Notes under the pieces: generated by a model | The model's database searches: none | What the model saw: only the letters and a program-made list of their open reading frames with translations | What the model was told of the DNA's origin: nothing | Shown: piece after piece, positions 26,181 to 52,379 of the stretch | How the letters are laid out: each line of letters starts with the position of its first letter | Numbering within the stretch: position 1 is the stretch's first letter | Source: the human T2T-CHM13v2.0 reference genome, Homo sapiens | NCBI RefSeq assembly: GCF_009914755.1 | Contig: NC_060947.1 | Reading direction: 5' to 3' (one strand) | DNA: 64,000 nt | Translations under genes and position numbers: made by a program

Positions 26181-27401
26181 CTTCATACAGCAGTGCGGGG
26201 GGTGCGGGGGAGGAAGCCACATAGGCTGGCACTATTACAAGCGCGGGATCCGGCAACGCGTTCCTCGTGTTTCGTTCCAAGTAACGAAGTTACAAAGATT
26301 TGAATCTTTAGCATGAGCCACGGTAAACTGGCTACTAGAAATGGAGAGGGGTGGGCAAGGACGACAAAAATGGCTAACGAGGGTTAATTTCATCCAGGGT
26401 TGAGCTTTAGCATCTAAAAGCGACCCAGAGAAGGAAATGAGATGTTATTAATATTTGTTCTTATATCTGAGGTTTGCTTTGCTGCTTAAACGACTCCTTC
26501 CAGGGGAAGGGGAGGAGGGAGCGCTCTAACGTGGGGGCGAGAAGACTAGGGGTATGGCAAATTACTGTTTTCGGTGTTACGGGGGAAAGTTTCACGACTA
26601 AAGGAAACGCGTTATCCTAGGTACTGGAGAAGCTTGGAGAGCTGCCAGAATTAGTTGCAGTCCCAGGATAAAATGGGGTTTAGGGAACATTTAATGACGA
26701 AAGTTGAATCCAACCCGAAATAGCTCTAAGGTGAAAAGACGGAGCAAAGAAATGTCGGTGGTTCTTCAGGGAAAGCGGCAATCCCTGCCACACTTCCCCA
26801 CGGCGCTACGCGAGGCCGGGACAGTCGAGAGACCGCTCCCCCGGAGGGCGAGAGGTGCCAAACCGGGTTCTTCGCGGCGCCCCGGGCTTCGCGGCAGCGG
26901 GCGAAGAGGAGGGGAGGGGAATCCGGGACGGTTCGCCCTCCTTGGACTTCAGGCAGAGGAGGCGCCAAGCTCCAAACTGCGGAGTCCAACGGGTGCAGAG
27001 TGAAGAAATGGCACAGAGAGAGATGGAAAGTCCGAATTGCCCCGGCTCAGCCCCATAAAGATAAAGGAGCCAAGTGAGATCAAGCGAAGAGGGGGACACA
27101 AAAAGAGACCAAGAGGGAGCGCGGAGACCTGCAGGGGCGGAATAAGAGTTCTACTAAGAGGCTAAAGGAAGCCGAGCTACCGCAGGCAGTAGCGATTTCT
27201 GGGAGGCCAGGGAAGGAAGGAGGTCCGCGGCGGTAAACAGCACCTCTCCCCGAGTTCGAAACTCCTAGACGACCATCCACGCCCGCCGCCCGGGTGGGGG
27301 AGGGGGTACATCTTTCCCCCTCAACCTCCCACTACAGGTGAGAGTGCAGCTGACGCCCTGGCCCGGCCCGGCAGTGCGCCTGCCTCCGGCCCGAACACTC
27401 A

Positions 27402-27524
<123 letters not shown>

Positions 27525-27930
27525 TCAAAGGGGAGCACCGCCCACGAGGAATGCCGGGAGCTGAGAGTTCGTTTTTCGATTTCCCGCCCCACTTTCCTCT
27601 CCACCCAGCGGAAACCCGAGGCAAGGCAGCCAACGACGTGGAGACTCGCGGGCCCCTTTGCGAGGTTACTACACGGGTTGCGCCCTCCGAAGTCTTCGGC
27701 CTTACTTCCCATTAGAACAGAGAAATGCCATCCACAGGCCAACAAGTAGACTTCATCTTCTTCCGTAATATCTACCCCTAACCACTAATACAAACACGCA
27801 TTTTTCAAGCACCTAATATGTGCTAGACACTGGGAATAGAGAAATAATAGTCTTTGGGAAAGCCATAAATATAAGCAAATAAATTACATTACGCCCTGCT
27901 GACTGCTGAGATAAAAGAAAATAATCGGGT

Positions 27931-29446
27931 CCCTCTCCTTCTCCCTCTCCCTCTCCCGTCTCCCTCTCCCGTCTCCCTCTCCCCACGGTCTCCCTCTCCC
28001 TCTCTTTCCACAGTCTCCCTCTGATGCCGAGCCAAAGCTGGACTGTACTGCCATCTCGGCTCACTGCAACCTCCCTGCCTGATTCTCCTGCCTCAGCCTG
28101 CCGAGTGCCTGCGATTGCAGGTGCGCGCCGCCACGCCTGACTGTTTTTCGTATTTTTTTGGTGGAGACGGGGTTTCGCTGTGTTGGCCGGGCTGGTCTCC
28201 AGCTCCTAACCGCGAGTGATCCGCCAGCCTCGGCCTCCCGAGGTGCCGGGATTGCAGACGGAGTCTCGTTCACTCAGTGCTCAATGGTGCCCAGGCTGGG
28301 GTGCAGTGGCGTGATCTCGGCTCGCTGCAACCTCCACCTCCCAGCCGCCTGCCTTGGCCTCCCAAAGTGCCGAGATTGCAGCCTTTGCCCGGCCGCCACC
28401 CCGTCTGGGAAGTGAGGAGCCTCTCTGCCTGGCCGCCCATCGTCTGGGATGTGAGGAGCCCCTCTGCCTGGCTGCCCAGTCTGGAAAGTGAGGAGCGTCT
28501 CTGCCCGGCCGCCATCCTGTCTAGGAAGTGAGGAGCGTCTCTGCCCGGCTGCCCATCGTCTGGGATGAAGTGAGGAGCGTCTCTGCCTGGCCGCCCATCG
28601 TCTGAGATGTGGGGAGTGCCTCTGCCCCGCCGCCCCGTCTGGGATGTGAGGAGCGCCTCTGCCCGGCCGCGACCCCGTCTGGGAGGTGAAGAGCGTCTCT
28701 GCCCGGCCGCCCCGTCTGAGAAGTGAGGAGACCCTCCGCCCGGCAGCCGCCCCGTCTGAGAGGTGAAGAGCGTCTCCGCCCGGCCGGCCGCCCCGTCCGG
28801 GAGGGAGGTGGGGGGGTCGGCCCCCCGCCCGGCCGGCCGCCCCGTCCGGGAGGTGACGGGCGCCTCTGCCCGGCCGCCGCTACTGGGAAGTGAGGAGCCC
28901 CTCTGCCCGGCCACCACCCGGTCTGGGAGGTGTACCCAACAGCTCATTGAGAACGGGCCATGATGACAATGGCGGTTTTGTGGAATAGAAAAGGGGGAAA
29001 GGTGGGGAAAAGATTGAGAAATCGGATGGTTGCTGTGTCTGTGTAGAAAGAGGTAGACATGGGAGACTTTTCATTTTGTTCTGTACTAAGAAAAATTCTT
29101 CTGCCTTGGGATCCTGTTGATCTATGACCTTACCCCCAACCCTGCGCTCTCTGAAACATGTGCTGTGTCCACTCAGGGTTAAATGGATTAAGGGCGGTGC
29201 AAGATGGGCTTTGTTAAACAGATGCTTGAAGGCGGCAGGCTCGTTAAGAGTCATTACCACTCCCTAGTCTCAAGTACCCAGGGACACAAACACTGCAGAA
29301 GGCCGCAGGGTCCTCTGCCTAGGAAAACCAGAGATCTTTGTTCACTTGTTTATCTGCTGACCTTCCCTCCACTATTGTCCTATGACCCTGCCAAATCCCC
29401 CTCTGCGAGAAACACCCAAGAATGATCAATAAAAAAAAAAAAAAAA
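27931..29446 (+). mobile_element. Full-length SVA retrotransposon (SVA_D-like)
   Basis: (CCCTCT)n hexamers from 27931, Alu-like domain to ~28380, GC-rich VNTR ~28380-28930, SINE-R ending AAACACCCAAGAATGATCAATAAA, then poly(A) to 29446. Confidence 0.96.
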
Positions 29447-29764
29447 GTCAACAGGAAAAAAAAAAAAAAAAAAGGAAGGAAAACTTTCCAGAAGAGAGAT
29501 GTGTCTAGCACAAGAGAAGAGGAATAGTCCTGAGCCTGGAGGATTATTTTGCAGGAATCTCACAGGGCAGTTCCTAATGCAGGAGAATTAAAATAGGCTT
29601 TTCCTGGTGTATTTCTTGCAAACATTTTGGGCCAAGTGGCCTTCCCACACCCTCACATGAGCCTGCTTCCCTCCCACTCCTCTGTCATCAGGGCATTTCT
29701 GTTTAGGAACAGCAGGTCTAATATTGACTTAAATAAAGCAGACTTGACAGAAAAAAAAAAAAAA
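29447..29764 (+). other. Probable SVA 3' transduction: GTCAACAGG + A-tract + ~277 bp of non-repeat sequence + AATAAA + poly(A)
   Basis: AATAAA at 29732-29737 lies 13 nt before the poly(A) at 29751-29764, and the segment directly follows the SVA tail. Confidence 0.7.
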
Positions 29765-29770
29765 GAAAGA

Positions 29771-30159
29771 AAGAAAATGTGGCACATATACACCATGGAA
29801 TACTATGCAGCCATAAAAAATGATGAGTTCATGTCCTCTGTAGGGACATGGATGAAGCTGGAAACCATCATTCTCAGCAAACTATCACAAGGACAAAAAA
29901 CCAAACACCTCATGTTCTCACTCATAGGTGGGAATTGAACAATGAGAACACTTGGACACAGGAAGGGGAACATCACACACCGGGGTCTGTTGTGGGGTGG
30001 GGGGCGATAGCATTAGGATATATACCTAATGTAAATGACGAGTTAATGGGTGCAACACACCAACATGGCCCATGTATACATATGTAACAAACCTGCACGT
30101 TGTGCACGTGTACCCTATAACTTAAAGTATAATAAAAAAATTAAAAAAAAAAAAAAAAA
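29771..30159 (+). mobile_element. L1PA (L1PA4/5-like) 3' end with poly(A)
   Basis: ORF2 C-terminus (KKMWHIYTMEYYAAIKNDEFMS..WMKLETIILSKL), L1 3'UTR, CTTAAAGTATAATAAAAAA tail. Confidence 0.93.
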
Positions 30160-30688
30160 CACACGTTTGGCAGAAAATACAGACAATCCAAATGAAGAAA
30201 TCCTACCCCACATATGAACTTTAGAGCTAGTATCTTCTAAATATGGCAAGTTTTGTCAAATGAACCAGGTTCATTTGCATTGAAAAACTATTTAAGTTAT
30301 GTGCTGTATTCAGAACTGGTTCTGGGAAAATGCTCCATTGTTTATGATTGTTTTTCACCAGCTGTATCTAGTCTTCTAGTGTCCTGTCTCACTTTGAAAT
30401 TCTAAAGCCACCCACTAGAAAATATCCACCTATTAACTTCAGTGATTTCTGCTTGTAAAAACCTTCTGCCGTTTTGAGGAGGATCAAATATAGAAGTGCC
30501 CTCTAATCTTTTCATGTTTCCTTATTATGGACAATTTAAAATGTATACAAAGCAAACAGAATGATACAGTGAATCTTCATGTACCATCATCCTTCCTGGA
30601 AAACTTTGAAGTCATTATTACAAGACGGCTTCTGTGATACAAGAAGCACTATCTTGCTACTTATGTATACTTCTCTGTGTAGTCTACA

Positions 30689-30824
30689 GCAAGGACTTTC
30701 AACCTGGGTCAGATAATTTTTTGTGGGGATGGGGGGATGGGGGCCAGGGGGCAGGGGTCCTCTGCATTGTAGAATGTTTAGCAACATCTCTGGCCTTGAC
30801 TCACTAGATGTCAGTAGCAGCCCC

Positions 30825-30865
<41 letters not shown>

Positions 30866-30944
30866 ACACCAGTTATTACAACCGTTTCCAGACATTGCTA
30901 AATGTCTCCTGGAGGGCAAAACAGTCCCCTTTTGAGAACCACTG
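30689..30944. mobile_element. MER20 DNA transposon containing an (AC)18 microsatellite (30828-30863)
   Basis: CTGCATTGTAGAATGTTTAGCAACATC...CCAGACATTGCTAAATGTC...TTGAGAACCACTG terminus. Confidence 0.8.
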
Positions 30945-31679
30945 AGCTACAGTATTCTCCTGTACTGTGGCTTACCTTGCCACGTATCACAGTGATTTCT
31001 TCTTCCAAACATTGAACTGTGCAGTATGCATAGTAATCAGTATGTCACACTTGTGGTATGACCTGAGTGCAATGATGCCCTTTGAGGCCTGGTTTTCCCT
31101 TCTTCCAGAAACTGCAGAACTATTTTTACATGGTATGATGACTCCTTTAGGAATTACTCAGAGCTAATTGGCTTTTTGATCTATAAGATTGCAAAGCTAT
31201 TAAATCTTCTGCATCCTTGTTGTTGGCTTGCCTGCTCTTTGCTATCAGCATCTGGTATTATCTCAGCAGCTGGGGGGATTTTTCCCTGGTGATCTCACAA
31301 GCTCATGGATACCAATGTGCTATTCAGGGACTGAGGTCTGTGGTGGAGGCCAGGGATTGGGTAGTTTCAATGTTGACAGTCTGATGCATGGAATGATAGG
31401 TTGATTTTAGGTTACTGTAAGGTCAAGCAATCTTATAACTTACCATCTCAGTGAAGACAAATAATGGGACCAAAAAGGAAGCACATAAAAGCAAAACAAG
31501 ACAAAATAACAAAATAATTAAAGAATGAATGCAAAGGGTTTTTTGAGATTTAAAATGAAGAAAAGTTCTTTAGAATAAGCTACTTGATAACTTCTGCATT
31601 TTATGCTAAGGCTGTTTATGCCAAACCAATCTACTTGTCTCCTTCCTGTCTACAGTGCTCCTTTGGTAAAAACAAGATC

Positions 31680-34500
<2,821 letters not shown>

Positions 34501-35949
34501 GAATTATATCATTGGGTTCATGACAGGAAGCAGATGACATACTTAAAAGGAATAATTAAAGAGAGTTTAATGAAACAACCATGCACAAGGATGTGGGCAG
34601 GATTAAGGGAAACCTACAACAGGTGGTGAAGCACCTCTGGGATAGCAACACGAGAAAACATTAGCACTCCTAAGCCTCTAGGGGCAAGGGGAGGGAGTCC
34701 TTACCAAAAACTAGTGAGAGCTGTAGCAGTAGCTATAAGGAAAGCAACACCCAAAGGGAACTGTGGGTTTCTGTGGAGAAATATAGTCACTGCCAATTCA
34801 TATCCCAGCAGGGAGGGAGTCTGAAAAATACCCCAATCTTTCTCTCCTTCACCATCTGATCTCCTGCTGATACCTCCCATGGGCTAAAGGCTAGAAGAAG
34901 TCACAATGCAAAAAATGCTGGTGAATGCAGTTTATATGGGTCAGGGGACAGAGCAGGCTGGAGAAAGGTTAAAAGTGGATCTTGAAAGGGAAAACAGAAT
35001 TTCCAGTACTGCCCATTCCTTTTGTCCCCTCTACATCCACTCTTCCTTTTTGTCTGGATGAAAAACTCATGTCCTCAAAACAGAATGTTCAAAGTCCTAT
35101 CAGCTACTGTATCATTACAGGATGATGTTGATTCATTCATATATATGCCCACATGAAATCTAAAATATTAGCCAACACCAGTGGTTTTTACACAAAGTAG
35201 AAGAGAAGGAGGAGCTATTAACATAAACATAGTTGCTACAGTCCCCGCTTCTAAAACGGGAAGCAAGCCTTCAGTTGATAATCATACCTCTTTTTTCTAT
35301 CATTCACTCCATGTTTCCCTTATCCTCTTCCAGCATCTCAGCAGGCCGGGATACATTACCTGATAAAGTTCCTGAAACCTTTATCGCCACTGAATCTGGG
35401 TCCTTATAATCTTGCCTTGATTGAATTACCAGTTTTCATTGACCAATACTATTGAGCAAGAGAGTGATAAGAGGAAGCCCACTGAAAGTCGGTGGGTTCT
35501 AGACACAGTCCTTCTTGCCTTCATTGTGTAGTAGTCAGAATAGACCACCCTGCTCAGTACAGTGACTCCTTATTTGCCCCCTGTTCATCATGCTGCTGTT
35601 CGAAGATTGAGGAGCATAAAATGGCCAGAGAGCAGGGTGTCAGCTTCTCAAATGTCAGAATCCTGTCATATTCCCTGGTGGAAGCATTTCTCCTGCACTA
35701 GAACTTCCTAACCCACTGAGTCCAACATGTAGAAATGGAAAGCAAATATTTTTTCAGTGAGGGGGTCACTCCTACCTCTACCCCTTGAATCTTGGACCCA
35801 TACACTATGGCAACAATGGAGAGAATATGATATATTGGCCTATGATGTAAAGCACATAGTAGGTTCAGTAGGACAGAATCCCAAACTTGCTGGGTGCTGC
35901 CACCCTGCTGGTGTCATTACTGAGCTTTCATCAGGAAATTTCACCATTC

Positions 35950-37624
<1,675 letters not shown>

Positions 37625-38845
37625 TATCAAGACAGATGTTTTTGCATGATGGGACACAGGATAAGATCAATTAATTCCATGGAGATGAGCTTATCACATT
37701 TCCTTCATCCTAAAATGAGTTCCTTTGTTGGTGGCACTGTTCGGTGGGATGCCATGTTGATGAATAAGGCATTCTATGAGTCCACATGGTGGTGCTGGCA
37801 AAAACACTACAAGTATGAAAAGCAAATTTGTATTCAGACTATGTATCTATTCCTGTAAGGACATTTTGTGCCTTCTCCCATGATGAAAGGAGTCTAGTGT
37901 AACTAACCTCCCACCAGATGACTATCTGGTTCCCTGTGGAATGGAACCACACTGATGCTTTAGCCTTTGGTCTCTGCTGATAAGCAGATTGCCCATTAAA
38001 CAGTGATGCTAGAGAGATCAGCTCCAGTGAGAAGAACCTGCTGTCGAGTCCACATATAGACCCCATTCCAGCTGCCATGACCATTTTGTTCAAGGGCCTA
38101 CTGAGCAAACATTAAGGTAGCTGAAGGAAAAGGTTGGCTAACATCAACAAAATAGATCATCTCATCCACTTGATTGCTGAGAGTCTCCTCTACAAAGAAT
38201 GCACTCTGGGGACAATTACGAGGAATACAAATACCTTCACACTCTGGCCTACTCTAAGAGGCCCATCCATGTATCTCTCTCCTAAGCCTCCTCATCACCA
38301 AATTCTTACCTTGTTTTTTTCACACTCTTCACTAGCCAGCCAACTTATTAGCCTCTGCCCATGAATCTGCATAGATCAGTATATGAGGACATTTCTCTTT
38401 CCTTCAATGTAAACAAACAGATGTAATATTTGGGAAGATTTTCCTATACCTCCATCTTTAGGGGCCATTCCTGAGTGGGGCTATAAGACAACTGCTGCCC
38501 ACTTCCAGCAGCTGCAAGCCAACTATGCAAACACATCCATAGACCCACAGACCTACAGTTTCTTGCTTTGTTAAATGGTCATAGAGAGCTCTCTTTGAGG
38601 CCATATATATGGACTTATGGAGAAGTAGTGGCAAGTACCATGAGAGTCTGAGCCACTTCCTCGTTCAGTTTACTTTTACCTTCCCACTTTTCTAGGATCC
38701 AATATTATATGCAATTTCTATTTAACAATGGAATGCTGCCTGCATATGGCCATTTGATGATTGAATGGGTTGGATAACACTCAGTTAATGATGGACAGTT
38801 CAAGTCACATAATTTCTTCGTGTTCCATAGTCAGAAATACAGTCA

Positions 38846-43527
<4,682 letters not shown>

Positions 43528-43539
43528 CCCTAAACATTA

Positions 43540-45771
<2,232 letters not shown>

Positions 45772-46039
45772 TTACAAATTTATTGAGCCGCTATTATGTG
45801 TTTGGTACTGTGTTATGTGCTGAAAATACAATGACTAACAAAACAGACATGATTCTTGCTCTTATGGAACATATAATCTACTGGGGAGAGTACCATACAA
45901 TTAGTATATAGTAAAAAACTGTCTAAAGTTCTAGCAAGGTATGGCAGACACTGTTGTTCAGCGACCCAACTCTCACTCCCAGTCCCATTTTCCCCAGCCT
46001 CCTCCCAGCTAGAATACTGGCCAAAGAGACACAGTGGGT

Positions 46040-47549
<1,510 letters not shown>

Positions 47550-48111
47550 GGGGTTCTTTGGGAAAACTTTTGCTTTCCTGAGAACAGCGCTGTCTCTAAC
47601 TCTTCTTTCTTATTTTTGCCTTTAATGTGGAGCTGTAAAAGTCATCTAGTGGCATTGAGGAAAAGGCCAGAAGAACTGTGAAGCCATCAGCCCTAACATT
47701 GTTGAGCTGCTGAACAAATGCTAGCAGCCCCGGATCTCTAGCTTTCCAGTTTTGTGAGAAAATAAACCCAGAAATCCATATTTAAGCCATTGTAGGTAGA
47801 TATTCTGTTACAGACAAAAACACCTCTGAGTGATAAGAAGGTAAAAGTATGAGGCTATGAGAGAATATAACAGAAACTTGGACTGGTGGTTATGAATAAT
47901 GTGGGTAGTAGAATTTTTCAATTGTTATTTCTTCTTGTTGTTGTTCTATTCACTGATTGATTGCTGCTCAACATCCAATCCCTCTCCCTATTTGGGGAAG
48001 AATCACCCAGTATGTGCAGCTTTGTAGTACTGAACCTCCTACTTCAAAATCTAAATGAGAAAATCTTCCATCTAGCTGCTCCATGGCAACCAGTGTACAG
48101 GCACTAGCTCA

Positions 48112-48540
<429 letters not shown>

Positions 48541-48831
48541 TCAATGTTTCTGTATGGGCCACTGGTTTCTTAACTGCAAGCACCTGTGACTCTCTGCCTA
48601 AGGGCTTTCTGACCACAGGAGTGTGCTTAGCCAGTATACAAGGCAGGCCAGAAGTGCCAGGGAGTTAAGGCCCTTGGGAGAAACCCTCTATCAATGATGG
48701 ACACAAATGAAGGGAAAATACCCCCAGCTTCCTTGTTCCCTGGGCAGAAAACCCGATGCATGTCCTATTTACCCTTCCTGAGGCCCCAGTGGAATTGAAT
48801 CCGAGTTGCCCCAGAGTAATTTGTTCATTAG

Positions 48832-49328
<497 letters not shown>

Positions 49329-49921
49329 TGAGCCACCACACCCGGCCAATTTTTGTATTTTTAGTAGAGACGGGGTTTTGCCATGTTGGCCAGGCTGGTC
49401 TCAAACTCCTGACCTCAAAGTGCTGGGATTACATGCATGAGCCACTTGCACATGGCTTTTTTTTTTTTTTTTTTTTGGCAGACCATATATTGTTTTCCAT
49501 TTCTTCCCTATCTCACTTCCTTCCATTGTTTCCTGGGATTACCTCCCAAGTAAACCACTTGCTCTCAAACATTTACCTCAGGGCCTGTTTCACCCAAAGT
49601 ATGACTTTTGGTACCAGAAGTGGTCATTTAAAATAGACCCTCAGGATGGAATTCTGGAGCTGGATCACTTGTAGAACGTATGAAAACAAGAACCTCATTA
49701 CTGATGGTAAGCAGAGTGTTGGTAATCCCTGGCATGCTGTTGCCTCACAATTGCTGAGATTGGTATAGGGTACAAGTGAAAGGAAGCTTATGCAATAGTT
49801 CTAGCACTTGAAAGGTGGAAATTTTAAGAATCATTGAGTTAGTTTCCTGTTGTTAATGGCCATAGAAACCTTAAAGGAAGAAAATGATAAGTTTTGTCAG
49901 CTAACTTTTTTTTTTTTTTGA

Positions 49922-50363
<442 letters not shown>

Positions 50364-51477
50364 TTAAAAATAGCTAGGCATGGTGGTGAATGCCTGTGGT
50401 CCTAGCTACTCACAAGGCTGAGGTGGGAAGATCGCTTGAGCCTGGGAGGTCAAGGCAGCAGTGAGCTGTGATCATGCCACTGCACTCCATCCCAGATGAC
50501 AGAGCAAGACCTTGTCTCAAAAAGAAATTTTTTTAAAAGAATGATGTGAAAGCAAAAGGCCTTCATAAGAAATTGTATTTTTTAAATCTCTTCCGGAAAA
50601 GAATAGTCTATTCTAATAGACCCCAGGTTTGACTGTGAGAGTGATAGACTTACACAGAAGGATGATGCTTATCTTCCACAAGATCTGCCCCCACCTCAGC
50701 ACATTTCTTCTATAGACAAATAACAAGGGATGATTCTTAACATGGGCCAAGAAGAGAAACAGTGTTTCTACTATGGGAGAAAAGAGATTATTCACTGAAT
50801 AGTTGTCAGTCTTGGAAAATTTCTATTTGCAGGAATCAGGAGAATAAACTGGGAATAGATCTTGAGGGTTCTGGACCAGGAAGGGATAGAAAGCTGGATA
50901 TGGAAGAATTTATAGTTATTGGAACACTCTCCCATGACTCAGGATTTAGCATCCTGGCAAGGACATCTGGAGCCAGTCCTAGTATGCTGCTGGAATGGCT
51001 CCTTGAAACTTGGAGACAACAATGCCTCTGTAGTAAATGAAGGGGAGTTGTTGGAACTGCCTTGACTTGAGAGAAGGGTCAAAAGGCTCAGAAAGGTAGG
51101 CAAATTAGCACAGCTTACTTATGCAAAACCAGAAAATATATCAGTGGACAATGTCTCCTGAGAGGGCCCAGAGGACACTTGTTTTGTTAAGGCTACTAGC
51201 AATATTGAAAAACTCCATGGTGGCTGTTTTCTATGGGTCAGGGTACATGATAGGAGAGATTGCTATGTAATTAGGCCCCTTGGTGTCTGTCAATGAAGAT
51301 AATAGGATTCTGAAAGAGCAGAGGCCAGGTGGTAGCAGTTAACTGTCAGAGTCAAGGTGAATGTAATAATCGTAATGGACAGCAAGTCTGGAATGGCAAA
51401 GATGGAACTTTGACCTACAGGACTCTGTAGAGATAGTTAACAAACTGACATTCCCTGGAACAAGATAGATGAGAACC

Positions 51478-51866
51478 TATATTAATTTGCTAAGGCTGCC
51501 ATAACAAAATACCACAGATAGGTTGCTTAAACAATAGAAATGTATTTTCTCACAGTTCTGGAGGCCAGGAGTCCAATTCAAGGTGGGGACAGTTTGGTTT
51601 CTTCTGAGGCTTTTCTCATTGGCTTGCAGATGGTCTCCTTCTCACTGTCCTAACATAGTTGCCCCATGGGCTCTGTATTGTCTGTGTCCTAATCTCTTCC
51701 CTCTAAGGACACCAGTCATATTGGATTAGGGCCCACCTATATGATCTCTTTTTACCTCAATTGCCTCTTTAAAAGCTCTGTCTCCAAATACAGTCACATT
51801 CTAGGGAAAGGGGGATTAGAAATTCAACATATGAATTTTGAGGGGGACACAATTCAGCCCATAATA
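51478..51866 (-). mobile_element. MLT1A/B-type MaLR solo LTR
   Basis: GGCTGCCATAACAAAATACCACAGA...CTCACAGTTCTGGAGGC...GGGGACACAATTCAGCCCATAA. Confidence 0.82.
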
Positions 51867-52053
51867 GAAGCCAACAAGAGTATTGCTTATAAAATAAAAT
51901 TAAAAACCAGCCAGTGCCAGGTGTGGTGGCTCATGCCTGTAATCCCAGCACTTTGGGAGGCTGAGGCAGGCAAATTGCTTGAGGCCAGGAGTTAGAGGCC
52001 AGCCTGGCCAACATGGTGGAACCCTGCCTCTACTAAAAATACAAAATTAGTCA

Positions 52054-52227
<174 letters not shown>

Positions 52228-52379
52228 TCAGGCGCAACTCCCCTACTATAAGTTCCCAATAGTTAAACAGGGTTGGATTGCTGTAGAAGACCCAGGAGAC
52301 CCAGCATGAGGGTGCTTACAAATGTACAGTTTACTAGAGGAGAATGATACAATATAGCAGGAAAGTAAGAATATGCATC

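Noticed and set aside
28380-28930. Regularly spaced ~40-bp repeats resembling a CRISPR array
   Set aside because: SVA VNTR units without unique spacers, in a primate genome with no cas genes.
28270-28947. 225-aa repetitive ORF on the minus strand
   Set aside because: Antisense reading of the GC-rich SVA VNTR, which lacks stops by composition.
49609-49623. tRNA-like sequence
   Set aside because: Only the 15-nt retroviral primer-binding site; no tRNA body.
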